Assembly (NCBI GenBank): GCA_016926175.1
Contig: JAFGPA010000009.1
Location: 54 to 64,053, forward strand
DNA: 64,000 nucleotides
From: Candidatus Micrarchaeota archaeon
GTDB lineage: Archaea; Micrarchaeota; Micrarchaeia; Anstonellales; Bilamarchaeaceae
Reading direction: 5' to 3'
Positions 1 through 9,766 of the stretch are shown one piece after another (position 1 is the first letter of the stretch; every line of letters begins with the position of its first letter). The notes below the pieces were generated by a model that saw only the letters and a program-made list of their open reading frames with translations, was not told where the DNA came from and searched no databases. The translations under genes were made by a program, and so were the position numbers.

Positions 1-1
1 C

Positions 2-622
2 GGCAGGTGCGAGGACCACCAGTGCGTTGAAAGGGATCTTTTATGCCCGGAGAATGCAGAGATTGGCAGTGAAGTTACCTGCCTGGCAACTCAAAACAAC
101 GCATCATGTGATGGATGTACCATTGAAGTGACTCATCCAGACGGCACAAAAACCTCTGGCAAAACAGATGACGGCAGATTCGCTTTCCCGATTGACAATG
201 CTGGAATTTACATTGTTAGTCTTGTTGTGAATGGCGAGGCGCTAATATCTGAAGAAGTTTCAGTTGCACTGCCAATAATCCCAATGCTTCCAGATGGTTT
301 GCCATTGCTGGAAATAGTTGCAATTCTTGCAATTATCGGTCTGTTGTTGCTCCTTCTTTTGTTATGGAAAAGGAAAAAGGGAATTGTTGCAGAATTGATT
401 ACAAAAACCCCTGCCCTTGGGAAGCCGGTACAGGTTAAGGTAGAAGACAAATCCCACAAGGGAATCGGGAAAATAGGAGTTTCAGTATTTCACAATGGCA
501 AGCTGTCAGAGTCTGGCATGAGCGCCAAAAAAGGAGAATTCAGTTTCACTCCAAAGAAAAAAGGCAGCTATGCGGTTCACATAATGGGCAGAAAGAAGCC
601 AGAGACCACATTTGAGCTGTAG
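2..622 (+). CDS. C-terminal part of a Cys-rich membrane-anchored surface protein (5' end lies outside the window)
   Basis: The frame of the 128..622 ORF stays open back to nt 2 (GRCEDHQCVERDLLCPENAE...). Leu-rich TM helix LLEIVAILAIIGLLLLLLLLW followed by KRKK. No family recognised. Confidence 0.5.
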   Translation, partial: GRCEDHQCVERDLLCPENAEIGSEVTCLATQNNASCDGCTIEVTHPDGTKTSGKTDDGRFAFPIDNAGIYIVSLVVNGEALISEEVSVALPIIPMLPDGLPLLEIVAILAIIGLLLLLLLLWKRKKGIVAELITKTPALGKPVQVKVEDKSHKGIGKIGVSVFHNGKLSESGMSAKKGEFSFTPKKKGSYAVHIMGRKKPETTFEL

Positions 623-656
623 ATAGCTATAAAACCTTTAATTTGGATGATACTCC

Positions 657-3545
657 ATGAAGCAGAGGTTGGAACTTACTGTAAAACCCAATGTTAAAGA
701 TGTCCAGGGTGAACAGCTGAAGGAAAAAATCAAAAAATCGCTTGGCAGGGATGTCAACTGCAGTTTTATAGAAGTTTATAATGTCGATCCTGAACTCAGC
801 GAAGATGAAATGCTTATTCTTGGAAAGGAAGTTTTTTCGGATCCGGTTGTCCAGCAGTACAGCATCGGAGAGCCTATTTACGGGGACAGCTGGAGGATTG
901 AGATTGGAATGCTTCCCGGGGTTACTGACAATATAGGCCATACGGCTGCAGGAGCAATCCGGGACAGGCTTTCAAAAGAGGTCAAAGTTTACTACTCCCG
1001 GATGTATTCCTTATCCGGAGCAGATGAACTCCTTGCTGAGCAAATTGCATCCCTGATACACAATCCGCTTGTTGAAAAGTTCAAAATTCATCTTCCCGGC
1101 TCCATTCCGGAGCCCTATCTTCCAAAAGTTGATATTAAGCACGAACCGTCAGTCGAAACAATCAGCCTGCACATGAGCCAGAAAAGGTTCGAACTTCTTG
1201 CAAAGCAGAAGATGCTTTCACTGAACCACGATGAATTTCTGGCAATAAAGTCATATTTCAGGCTTCCGGAAACCATTGCCGAACGAAAAGCAGCAGGTTT
1301 AGACACCAAAATCACAGACGTTGAGCTTGAAGCACTTGCACAAACCTGGTCCGAGCACTGCAAGCACAAGATTTTCAATGCCATGATAATCTATGATGAG
1401 GGCGGCGAAAAGCATGCCATAAACTCATTGTTCAAGACATTTATTGCAGGGGCAACCAAGCAGGTGAAAAAACCATACGTGGTCTCGGTTTTTGTTGATA
1501 ATGGCGGAATAATCAAATTTACGCCTGAATATGATATTGCTGTGAAAGTTGAAACCCACAATGCCCCGTCAGCCCTTGATCCTTATGGAGGCGCCCTGAC
1601 AGGCATTCTTGGCGTGCAGAGGGACATACTTGGCACCGGGCTTGGCGCGAATCCCATAGCAAATATAGATGTCCTTTGTTTTGGCTATCCTAATGAAAAA
1701 GATGTTCCAAAAGGCGTTCTGCACCCTGAAGTTATCTATGACGGGGTAGTCAAGGGCATAGAGCACGGCGGTAACAAGACCGGAATCCCAACTGTGAACG
1801 GCTCCATTATTTTTGACAGGGATTACACCTGCCGGCCACTTGTTTATGCAGGGACAATAGGAATCCTGCCTTCTGAGATTGATGGAAGAAGAACGCATGA
1901 AAAAATAATCCTCCCGGGATATCTTGCCGTAATGGTCGGAGGGCGGATAGGCAAGGATGGCATTCATGGTGCAACATTCTCATCAATGCAGATTGATTCC
2001 TCAGTTCCGCAGAGCGTTGTTCAGATAGGCGATCCGATTACACAGAAAAAAGCCCAGGATTTCATTCTTGAAGCCCGGGACAGTAGACTCTACGAGGCAG
2101 TTACGGATAATGGTGCGGGAGGCCTGTCTTCAAGCATAGGAGAGCTTGCAGAGATATCCGGCGGATGCGAAATCTATCTGGAAAAATGCCCGTTGAAATA
2201 TCCAGGTCTTGATCCATGGGAAATCCTTGTTTCAGAATCACAGGAAAGAATGACCCTTGCAGTTCCTGAGGAAAACCTTGAGAAGCTGAAAGAGCTTGCA
2301 AAAATCCATGAAGTTGAGCTTACTGCCGTTGGCAAATTCACAAATTCCGGAAAATTCCATGTATTCTACAATGACAGGACAGTTGCCTATCTTAGTATGG
2401 AATTCCTGCACAAAGGAGTGCCGCAACTGAAGCTGAATGCAAACTGGAAAAAGCTTCTTTACCCGGAGCCTCTTATCAGTGAATTCGAACCAGAAGAAAT
2501 CCTTATGAAGCTGTTGTCTTCACCAAACATCACTTCCAAAGAAAGAGTGATCCGGCAGTATGATCATGAAGTCAAGGGAACCAGCGTTATCAAACCAATA
2601 ATGATAGGACCGTCGGACGCAGGCGTGATAAAACCATTGTACAATTCCAATGAGGGCCTGGTGATTTCCCACGGCATATGCCCCAGATATGTTCAGGATG
2701 GCTATGCAATGGCAACTCTTGCTTTCGATGAGGCGGTGAGGAATGCAATATCTGCAGGAGCACGATTCGGCTATCTTGCATGCCTGGACAATTTTTCCTG
2801 GCCGGATCCGATCCACTCGATAAAAACCCCTGATGGCGAGCAGAAACTTGGCTCTCTGGTAAGGGCATGCCTCGGAATGTATGACTGTGCAACCAACTAC
2901 AACATTCCAATAATTTCAGGAAAGGACAGCATGAAAAATGATTACTACTCCCAGGGAAAAAAATATTCCATTCCACCGACACTGCTTGTAACAGTGATCG
3001 GAAAAATAGATGATATTTCAAGAGCAATGTCCACTGAGTTCAAGTTTCCGGGCGATTTCATATATGTGGTTGGAACAACAAAGGATGAGCTGGGAGGAAG
3101 CGAATATTACAGGCTTTACGGGGCAGTCGGCAACAATCCTCCGGAAGTTGATTTTCAGGAGACTACGGCTACCTACAAGGCCCTGTCATCTGCTATTGAA
3201 GAAGGCATTGTTTCATCAGTTCATGATGTTTCTGATGGCGGACTTTCAGTTGCATTTGCAGAATCTGCCATGAGCACCCGTCTTGGAGCTGAAATGGATA
3301 TTGATGTTGTGCCAGCCGCCACAAAACTGCTGGAATCACTGCTCTTCTCAGAAAGCGCAGGCCGGTTTGTTGTTTCAGTTCCTCCTGAAAAGGCTGCCAG
3401 ATTCGAATATCTGATGCAGGGCACCCGGTTTGCCAGAGCCGGAAGGGTTCGTGGAGACAAGCGTTTCATCATAAAAAGAGCAAATGAGCAGATAATCAAT
3501 ATGCCAATCGATAAAGTTCATCTGGCTTACCATAAGGGTATATAA
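657..3545 (+). CDS. purL: Phosphoribosylformylglycinamidine (FGAM) synthase II with a PurS-like N-terminal extension
   Basis: 962 aa. PurL/AIRS-type motifs SEHCKHKIFNA, VETHNAPSALDPYGGA, DNGAGGLSS, VHDVSDGGL. About 220 extra N-terminal residues resemble two PurS modules. Confidence 0.9.
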   Translation: MKQRLELTVKPNVKDVQGEQLKEKIKKSLGRDVNCSFIEVYNVDPELSEDEMLILGKEVFSDPVVQQYSIGEPIYGDSWRIEIGMLPGVTDNIGHTAAGAIRDRLSKEVKVYYSRMYSLSGADELLAEQIASLIHNPLVEKFKIHLPGSIPEPYLPKVDIKHEPSVETISLHMSQKRFELLAKQKMLSLNHDEFLAIKSYFRLPETIAERKAAGLDTKITDVELEALAQTWSEHCKHKIFNAMIIYDEGGEKHAINSLFKTFIAGATKQVKKPYVVSVFVDNGGIIKFTPEYDIAVKVETHNAPSALDPYGGALTGILGVQRDILGTGLGANPIANIDVLCFGYPNEKDVPKGVLHPEVIYDGVVKGIEHGGNKTGIPTVNGSIIFDRDYTCRPLVYAGTIGILPSEIDGRRTHEKIILPGYLAVMVGGRIGKDGIHGATFSSMQIDSSVPQSVVQIGDPITQKKAQDFILEARDSRLYEAVTDNGAGGLSSSIGELAEISGGCEIYLEKCPLKYPGLDPWEILVSESQERMTLAVPEENLEKLKELAKIHEVELTAVGKFTNSGKFHVFYNDRTVAYLSMEFLHKGVPQLKLNANWKKLLYPEPLISEFEPEEILMKLLSSPNITSKERVIRQYDHEVKGTSVIKPIMIGPSDAGVIKPLYNSNEGLVISHGICPRYVQDGYAMATLAFDEAVRNAISAGARFGYLACLDNFSWPDPIHSIKTPDGEQKLGSLVRACLGMYDCATNYNIPIISGKDSMKNDYYSQGKKYSIPPTLLVTVIGKIDDISRAMSTEFKFPGDFIYVVGTTKDELGGSEYYRLYGAVGNNPPEVDFQETTATYKALSSAIEEGIVSSVHDVSDGGLSVAFAESAMSTRLGAEMDIDVVPAATKLLESLLFSESAGRFVVSVPPEKAARFEYLMQGTRFARAGRVRGDKRFIIKRANEQIINMPIDKVHLAYHKGI

Positions 3546-3551
3546 TAATTC

Positions 3552-5381
3552 TTGGCCAACTATGGGATTATGCTTGCCAATCTCAAAACTGAAATTGCAC
3601 AAATGGTTGCAGAATCAGCAAATTCCGATCCAAAAACAGTGCTGCCAACCATTGAACTAAGCAAAATGGCTGACATCTCATGCAAATACGCATTCATACT
3701 TTCCAAGGAAAAAAATAAAAATCCTGCAACGATTGCAGGAGAAATTGCAGGCAAGATAAAAAAATCAGAAAATTTTGATAAAACAGAGGCCAATGGCCCG
3801 TACATAAACTTTAGCCTCAGCAATAAGGCATATTCCAGCATAGTGGGAAATGTCATTAAGCAGGCAAAAGACTATGGCCGCAGAAAGAAACAACCCGGAA
3901 AAATAATGATCGAGTTCCCATCTGTCAATCCCAATAAGCCCTGGCACATCGGGCATTTACGAAACGCGATCCTTGGCGATTCCGTTTCAAGAATTCTTGA
4001 ATCCGGTGGCAATCAGGTTGAGAAAATGGATTATATAAATGACCTTGGCCTGCAGGTTGCACAATCGCTCTGGGGCACCCTGAATTCTGATGCAAAACCA
4101 CATGGCAAATTCGATCAGTGGCTTGGAGAGCAGTACGTTGAAGTTGCAAAAAAATTCGAAGAAAATGAAAAGATCGCAGGAGAAATACGCGTTATGCTCA
4201 AGAAGATGGAAGAAGGGAGCAATGATATTGCAGAAAAAGGAAGAGCTCTTGCAGAAGACTGCGTGAAAGCACAGTATGAGACTTCATTCAGCTTTGGTAT
4301 CTGTCATGATGTTCTTGTTTTTGAATCAGACATTATGAACACTGTTTTTGGCGAAGGACTTGAATACATAAAAAAGAGCGATTCTGTCATATGTGAGGCG
4401 GAAGGCAAGAACAAGGGCTGCTGGGTGGTGAAGCTTGATTATGATTTCGGCTTTGGAAAAATGGAAAACCCGGATAAAATATTAATTCGCAGCGACGGAA
4501 CCGCAGTTTACACCGGAAAAGACCTTATCTTCCATCTCTGGAAATTCGGAAAACTGAAAAACAGGTTCAAATATAAAAAATTCATTGACCAGCCCAATGG
4601 CGTAACTGCATACAAAACATCCACCGAAGGCGAGGAAAAGGATTTTGGCAATGCATCCAGCGCAATCAACGTCATAGGCGTTGAACAGAAATATCCCCAG
4701 AAAGTTATTGTTGAAATATTCAGGAAGCTGAATTTTGCCGAAGAAGCAGACAATCTGAGGCATCTTTCCTATGAGCCTGTGGGTCTGCAGGAGTCAAAAT
4801 TCTCAGGAAGAAAAGGAACCTGGATGGGATATACTGCTGATAATTTACTGGCAGAGGCAAAGCAGCGGGTTTTGGAAAAAATAAAGCTGGATGTTTCTGA
4901 TGATGAAAAGGAAAAAATTGCACTGGATGTTGCAGTTGCAGCAATCAAATTCGCTTTTCTGAGGACAAGCTCTGACAAGCGGATCACTTTCAAATGGGAA
5001 ACTGCCCTGAATATGGAAGGGGACTCGGGCCCTTATGTGCAGTATGCATATGTCAGGACAAACGGAATATTCAGCAGAACCAATGAACAACCGGAGATTT
5101 ATGATATAAAATTCAATGATTCAGAAAAAAGCCTGATCAAAAAAATTGCGGGGCTTCCTGATCTTGTGGAAAGATGCTCCAGGGAGCTTGCCCCCCATCA
5201 CCTTACCCAGTATGTGCTTGATGTTGCCGCTGATTTCAGCTCGTTCTATGCGGCATCTCCTGTGCTTCCTGAGCCGGATGAAAGAATAAGAAAATCAAGG
5301 CTGGCAATAACAAAAGCAACGGCAATTACCCTGAAGAATTCGCTTAACCTCCTGGGAATTCACTGTCCTGAAAGAATGTAA
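3552..5381 (+). CDS. argS: Arginine--tRNA ligase
   Basis: 609 aa. Class I HIGH region PNKPWHIGHLRNA, ArgRS-like length and helical C-terminal anticodon-binding region. The track start is TTG; an in-frame ATG at 3570 is an alternative. Confidence 0.88.
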   Translation: MANYGIMLANLKTEIAQMVAESANSDPKTVLPTIELSKMADISCKYAFILSKEKNKNPATIAGEIAGKIKKSENFDKTEANGPYINFSLSNKAYSSIVGNVIKQAKDYGRRKKQPGKIMIEFPSVNPNKPWHIGHLRNAILGDSVSRILESGGNQVEKMDYINDLGLQVAQSLWGTLNSDAKPHGKFDQWLGEQYVEVAKKFEENEKIAGEIRVMLKKMEEGSNDIAEKGRALAEDCVKAQYETSFSFGICHDVLVFESDIMNTVFGEGLEYIKKSDSVICEAEGKNKGCWVVKLDYDFGFGKMENPDKILIRSDGTAVYTGKDLIFHLWKFGKLKNRFKYKKFIDQPNGVTAYKTSTEGEEKDFGNASSAINVIGVEQKYPQKVIVEIFRKLNFAEEADNLRHLSYEPVGLQESKFSGRKGTWMGYTADNLLAEAKQRVLEKIKLDVSDDEKEKIALDVAVAAIKFAFLRTSSDKRITFKWETALNMEGDSGPYVQYAYVRTNGIFSRTNEQPEIYDIKFNDSEKSLIKKIAGLPDLVERCSRELAPHHLTQYVLDVAADFSSFYAASPVLPEPDERIRKSRLAITKATAITLKNSLNLLGIHCPERM

Positions 5382-5440
5382 CCATAATGATGATCCGTTT
5401 GCCTCGTTAATCTTCAGTTCTATCATTAAAAAGTTCCTTT

Positions 5441-6163
5441 TTATTCCCGTATATAATCCATTGCCTTCTTGAAATCCTTTTCAATCCTGAATTTCCTGAA
5501 ATATTTCAGAATGACTTCTACGTCACGTTCCAGAAATTTTCCTGCATTGGGATGCCCCAAAACCACGCCCTGGCCAAAATCGATAAGATAAGGCACTTTG
5601 CCCTGCAATATGTTGTATTCGCTTATATCAGCATGAACCAGTCCTGCTTTGTACATGCCACGGATATCCTTCAGAATGCCTTCGAGGTCCCCTTTCCCTC
5701 TTGGCCCTACCTGCTCTATTGTAGAATAAGGCAAATCCCCTTCTCCAAGAAATTCCATTACGACAATGTTTTCAAGAATATAGTAAGGCTTTGGCGCATG
5801 CACTCCGGCATCCTGGCATATCGTCAGGTTTTTGTATTCTTTTTTCGCAAATGCCTTGACAATCTCCCATTCGTTGTGCTTTATCTTGCTGAACCTGGGA
5901 TCCCCTTCAAGATAGCTGGATCTCCTGAAAAACCGGGCAGTTTCGGTTTTGTAGATTTTGACTGCCACATAGCTTCCTCCCGGAACCGTTGCACGAAAAA
6001 CATTTGCTTCCTTTCCGGTAGATATGGGATAATCTATTGTTTCCACAATCCCTTTTTTGAAAAGTCTGGAAAGATTCAGCAGTGTTCTTTTGTCAAAAAC
6101 ATCGCTTTCAATTTTGATTCTTTCCTTAAGCTGAAAATCCTCTTTTGATGGTTTTTTTGCCAT
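5441..6163 (-). CDS. rio1: RIO-type serine protein kinase (Rio1-like, no N-terminal wHTH)
   Basis: STGKEANVF nucleotide loop, VHADISEYNIL catalytic loop, IDFGQ metal loop. Start moved to ATG 6163 (MAKKPSKED), which overlaps the aIF1A stop as TGATG. Confidence 0.85.
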   Translation of the reverse strand: MAKKPSKEDFQLKERIKIESDVFDKRTLLNLSRLFKKGIVETIDYPISTGKEANVFRATVPGGSYVAVKIYKTETARFFRRSSYLEGDPRFSKIKHNEWEIVKAFAKKEYKNLTICQDAGVHAPKPYYILENIVVMEFLGEGDLPYSTIEQVGPRGKGDLEGILKDIRGMYKAGLVHADISEYNILQGKVPYLIDFGQGVVLGHPNAGKFLERDVEVILKYFRKFRIEKDFKKAMDYIRE

Positions 6164-6510
6164 CAGATGTACCCTTCTTCCTTGAGAATCCTGGCCTGGG
6201 ATGGGAAATATCTCCATATCACATCCCCTTTTTCATCACCCTGGATTTCCCAAGGTTTTACAATTACAACATCCCCTTCACGGACCCAGAGCCTGTTTTT
6301 CAATTTTCCAGGAACTCTGCACATCCGTTCTTTGCCGTCTTTGCAGGCAACTTTCATGCGTGATCCGCCCATGAGCCCCAGAACCAGCCCAAGAACCTCA
6401 GGAGGCCTGGGCAATCTTAATCTTCTTCTTTCCTCTTCCCTGCTTAGCTGTGGCACTGGCGCTTTCTTTTTTTTCGCACCGCCATGATAGCCTCCTTTTC
6501 CTGCCAACAT
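6163..6510 (-). CDS. eif1A: Translation initiation factor aIF-1A
   Basis: 115 aa. S1/OB core RVPGKLKNRLWVREGDVVIVKPWE typical of eIF1A. Basic N-terminal tail. Confidence 0.9.
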   Translation of the reverse strand: MLAGKGGYHGGAKKKKAPVPQLSREEERRRLRLPRPPEVLGLVLGLMGGSRMKVACKDGKERMCRVPGKLKNRLWVREGDVVIVKPWEIQGDEKGDVIWRYFPSQARILKEEGYI

Positions 6511-6511
6511 A

Positions 6512-6931
6512 TCACCTTATTGTTGATTTTGCACCACATGCTTCACAAACAAGAAATCTTATGTGATGCTCATCTGTTATATGGGTGTCCGGTTTATTGC
6601 ATTCCTTGCAAACCACATATTTCTTTACAAAATCCTCAAGCTTGCTGTTTAGCATGTCGCCTACAACTCTTCTTTGAAGTACCAATCTTTCTTCCTTGAT
6701 TTCAACAGGTACTGCAAGCTCTTTTGAAAGGTATTTTGAAAGCATTGCAGGTTCCCTTCTTATTTTGTCAGCAACTGCCTTAAAATTCTTGACGATGGTT
6801 TTGTTGCCTTCTGAGAAGTAATCGAACTTTGGCATTTCAAACCTTTCCACGCTTGTCGTATTCTTTGGAAGGTTTTCATAGACATTGTCCAATAACTTTT
6901 CATAATCAGAATCCATAGAATACCCTTTCAT
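6512..6931 (-). CDS. eif2b: Translation initiation factor aIF-2 beta subunit
   Basis: 139 aa. C-terminal C4 zinc ribbon CKECNKPDT...CEACGA and an eIF2-beta/eIF5-type central domain. Stop lies 1 nt before the aIF1A start. Confidence 0.9.
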   Translation of the reverse strand: MKGYSMDSDYEKLLDNVYENLPKNTTSVERFEMPKFDYFSEGNKTIVKNFKAVADKIRREPAMLSKYLSKELAVPVEIKEERLVLQRRVVGDMLNSKLEDFVKKYVVCKECNKPDTHITDEHHIRFLVCEACGAKSTIR

Positions 6932-7008
6932 GGCGATGGTTTTAAATTAGGTGCACTATCCTGCAGTCCAAAACTGATTTATAAATCTATTGTAATAAAT
7001 AGATTAAT

Positions 7009-7407
7009 ATGGTAAACAAACTCCTGAAAAAAGAAACCTGCAGTGCAAAATCCTCACTAAAAGGCAGTTTCAGGGAACATGGCCCTATTTTGAGTTATGA
7101 TAAACTAGATAAACTGCTGAATTGCCAGCTGCCTTCGAAGGCAGTAAGAATTATCAATGCTCATCTGAATGACATGCTTCCAACTTCAGACAGTATGCCT
7201 GATAGAACTGAAAGAATGAAAAAGAAGATTTTAAGGGCAGTTGTTTTTGCAGCCGATACAAATTGTGCTCAAAAAATCAGTATCAAGACGCTGGCAGCAT
7301 GCCTCAGGTCCATTGGAAACTGGGAGTTTAATAAGGGAGACCTGGAACTTGGCTCAGAACTCCGGGGATTGGCAGAGCAGCTATATGCAGTTGCAAAAAA
7401 ACATTAG
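7009..7407 (+). CDS. Hypothetical protein (possible divergent histone-fold core)
   Basis: 132-aa ORF with TATA-like tttataaa 24 nt upstream of the ATG. No firm family; see findings. Confidence 0.45.
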   Translation: MVNKLLKKETCSAKSSLKGSFREHGPILSYDKLDKLLNCQLPSKAVRIINAHLNDMLPTSDSMPDRTERMKKKILRAVVFAADTNCAQKISIKTLAACLRSIGNWEFNKGDLELGSELRGLAEQLYAVAKKH

Positions 7408-8651
7408 GTGCCTTCCTTCCAGCCTGACAGATACTTTTTCTGTTCAGCCGTAAGTTTGTCTTTTTTTATCCCCATTGCCTCCAGCTGGAGCTCTGCAATG
7501 TGATTGTCTATTTCTTCCGGAAGCCTTATTACTTTTGTCTCAAGCCTGTCCCTGTTCCTGACTAAATATTCGCATGCAAGCGACTGGCCGGCAAATGATG
7601 TTGCCATTACTTCTGACGGATGGCCTTCGGCAGCAGAAAGATTCACAAGCCTTCCTTCGGCACAAAGATAAATTTTCCTGCCCCGGACATCATACTCATC
7701 AAGAAACGGGCGTATCCTTCTCTTTTTCCAGAGCCTGTTCATTCCTTCAACGTCAATTTCATTATCAAAATGCCCCGAGTTTGCAAGTATTGCCCCGGAT
7801 TTCATTGTTCTGATATGCTCTGTACGGATAATTTTCTTGTTTCCTGTTACTGTGACAAAAATATCACCTGTCCTGGCAGCATCTGAAACAGGCATAACCC
7901 GGTATCCGTCAAGAACAGCCTGCATTGCCCTGAAAGCATCAACTTCTGTTACAATGACACTGGCACCCATTCCGCCTGCCCTAAGAGCCAGCCCTTTTCC
8001 ACAGTCTCCATAGCCGCAGACAACAAAGGTTTTTCCTGCTATAAGTACATTTGTGGCTCGGAGAATGCCGTCGATAGTGGACTGTCCCGTACCATAATAA
8101 TTGTCCAGCAGGTGCTTTGTTTTGTTGTCGTTGACTGCAATCATGGGACATTTCAATACCCCCTCCCGCTCCATTGCGTGGAGCCTGATTATTCCGGTTG
8201 TTGTTTCTTCGCAGCCTCCAATTACCTTTTCCAGCATTTTCCTGTGTTTTGTATGAAGAGCAGTTACCAGATCGCAGCCATCATCTATTGTGATATTGGG
8301 ACCGGCAGCAATCACGTTTTCTATATATCTGTAATATTCCTGCAGGCTTTCTCCTTTTTTGGCATAAACGCATATCCCTTCCTTTGCAAGTGCAGCAGCG
8401 ACATCATCCTGGGTTGAAAGCGGGTTGCAGCTTGCAATCGCTATTTTTGCCCCGCCTGCCTTCAATGTCCTTACAAGAACCGCAGTCTCCTTTGTGACAT
8501 GCAATGCCAGGCCGATTGTTAATCCTTTGAATGGTTTCTTTTTTGCAAACCTGTCCCTGATTTTTTTCATTATTGGCATGTTTCTTTCTGCATATTCTAT
8601 ATTCAGCATTCCCTGTGCGGCTAATCCAATATTCTTTACTTCGTAATTCAT
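7404..8651 (-). CDS. ahcY: Adenosylhomocysteinase
   Basis: 415 aa. SCNPLSTQDDVAAAL, DDGCDL, EETTTG and the NAD-binding GYGDCGKG motif. Confidence 0.93.
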   Translation of the reverse strand: MNYEVKNIGLAAQGMLNIEYAERNMPIMKKIRDRFAKKKPFKGLTIGLALHVTKETAVLVRTLKAGGAKIAIASCNPLSTQDDVAAALAKEGICVYAKKGESLQEYYRYIENVIAAGPNITIDDGCDLVTALHTKHRKMLEKVIGGCEETTTGIIRLHAMEREGVLKCPMIAVNDNKTKHLLDNYYGTGQSTIDGILRATNVLIAGKTFVVCGYGDCGKGLALRAGGMGASVIVTEVDAFRAMQAVLDGYRVMPVSDAARTGDIFVTVTGNKKIIRTEHIRTMKSGAILANSGHFDNEIDVEGMNRLWKKRRIRPFLDEYDVRGRKIYLCAEGRLVNLSAAEGHPSEVMATSFAGQSLACEYLVRNRDRLETKVIRLPEEIDNHIAELQLEAMGIKKDKLTAEQKKYLSGWKEGT

Positions 8652-8738
8652 GGTATGGATGGAGCTGAAACCATTAAAAAATACGCGTTAGGGCATATAT
8701 CTTTAAATATAGGTCTAATTTAATATATATCCGAGATT

Positions 8739-9095
8739 ATGATCATTGACGGAAAGATATTCTCCAGCAAAAACTTCATTAATAAACTGAGAAAGGAAAA
8801 ATTTTCAATTTTCCTGCTCTGGATGATGTCCAGAAAAGAGCAGCATGGTTACGAAATAATTAAGACCATTAACAAAGATCCTTGCATACCCTCTTTTCCA
8901 GCAAGCAGGATATACCCTCTTTTGCATGATCTTAGCCAGAAAGGTCTTTTATCCCAAAAGAAAATTATGCAGGGAAAAAGGTCACGGAAGATTTACGCCA
9001 TAACTGCAAAAGGCAGGGCAGTTCTTGAGAAGGCAAAGGAACATCTGAATAAAAGCCCGCTTGTGGTGGCTTATATGGAGGATATGTTGAAATGA
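8739..9095 (+). CDS. PadR-family wHTH transcriptional regulator
   Basis: HGYEIIKTI ... RIYPLLHDLSQKGLL ... RKIYAITAKG pattern. 4-nt overlap (ATGA) with the downstream ABC ATPase. Confidence 0.8.
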   Translation: MIIDGKIFSSKNFINKLRKEKFSIFLLWMMSRKEQHGYEIIKTINKDPCIPSFPASRIYPLLHDLSQKGLLSQKKIMQGKRSRKIYAITAKGRAVLEKAKEHLNKSPLVVAYMEDMLK

Positions 9096-9766
9096 AAGAA
9101 GTAATGAAGCTTGAGGATATATCAAAGACATATGTCATGGGTGAAGGAATCAAAGTCCATGCTCTCCTCGATGTTGACCTTGCAATACAGCCAAATTCCT
9201 TCATGTCGATACTTGGCCCGAGCGGATCAGGCAAGTCCACCCTGCTTCATATAATGGGGCTTTTGGAAACCCCTACAGGCGGAAAAAGATACATTGACGG
9301 AATAGAAACAAGCACAATGAATGAGGATGAGCAGGCAAAAGTGAGGGGAGAAAAAATCGGATTTGTTTTCCAGACATTCAATCTTATTCCTTCACTTACT
9401 GCACTGGAAAATGTTGAGCTGCCCCTGATACTCTGCACAAGCAACGGTTTAAAAAGAAGAAAAAAGGCTACCGAGCTTCTTGAAAGCGTTGGCCTTGGAG
9501 ACAGGCTCACCCACAGGCCCGGGCAGCTTTCAGGAGGGCAAAGGCAGAGGGTTGCGATAGCCCGGTCCCTTGCAAATGATCCGGAGATAATCCTTGCTGA
9601 TGAGCCTACCGGAAACCTTGATTCGAAAACAGGCCATGAAGTGCTCGATATATTCAGGGATCTTCACAATGAAGGGAAGACAATAATCATAATAACCCAC
9701 GACCAGTATATTGCAAAGCAGACCAAGAGAATGGTCCGGCTTAAGGATGGTCGCATTATAGAATAG
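9092..9766 (+). CDS. ABC transporter ATP-binding protein (MacB/LolD-like)
   Basis: Walker A GPSGSGKST, Q-loop, signature LSGGQRQR, Walker B ILADEPT, H-loop ITHD. Confidence 0.92.
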   Translation: MKEVMKLEDISKTYVMGEGIKVHALLDVDLAIQPNSFMSILGPSGSGKSTLLHIMGLLETPTGGKRYIDGIETSTMNEDEQAKVRGEKIGFVFQTFNLIPSLTALENVELPLILCTSNGLKRRKKATELLESVGLGDRLTHRPGQLSGGQRQRVAIARSLANDPEIILADEPTGNLDSKTGHEVLDIFRDLHNEGKTIIIITHDQYIAKQTKRMVRLKDGRIIE

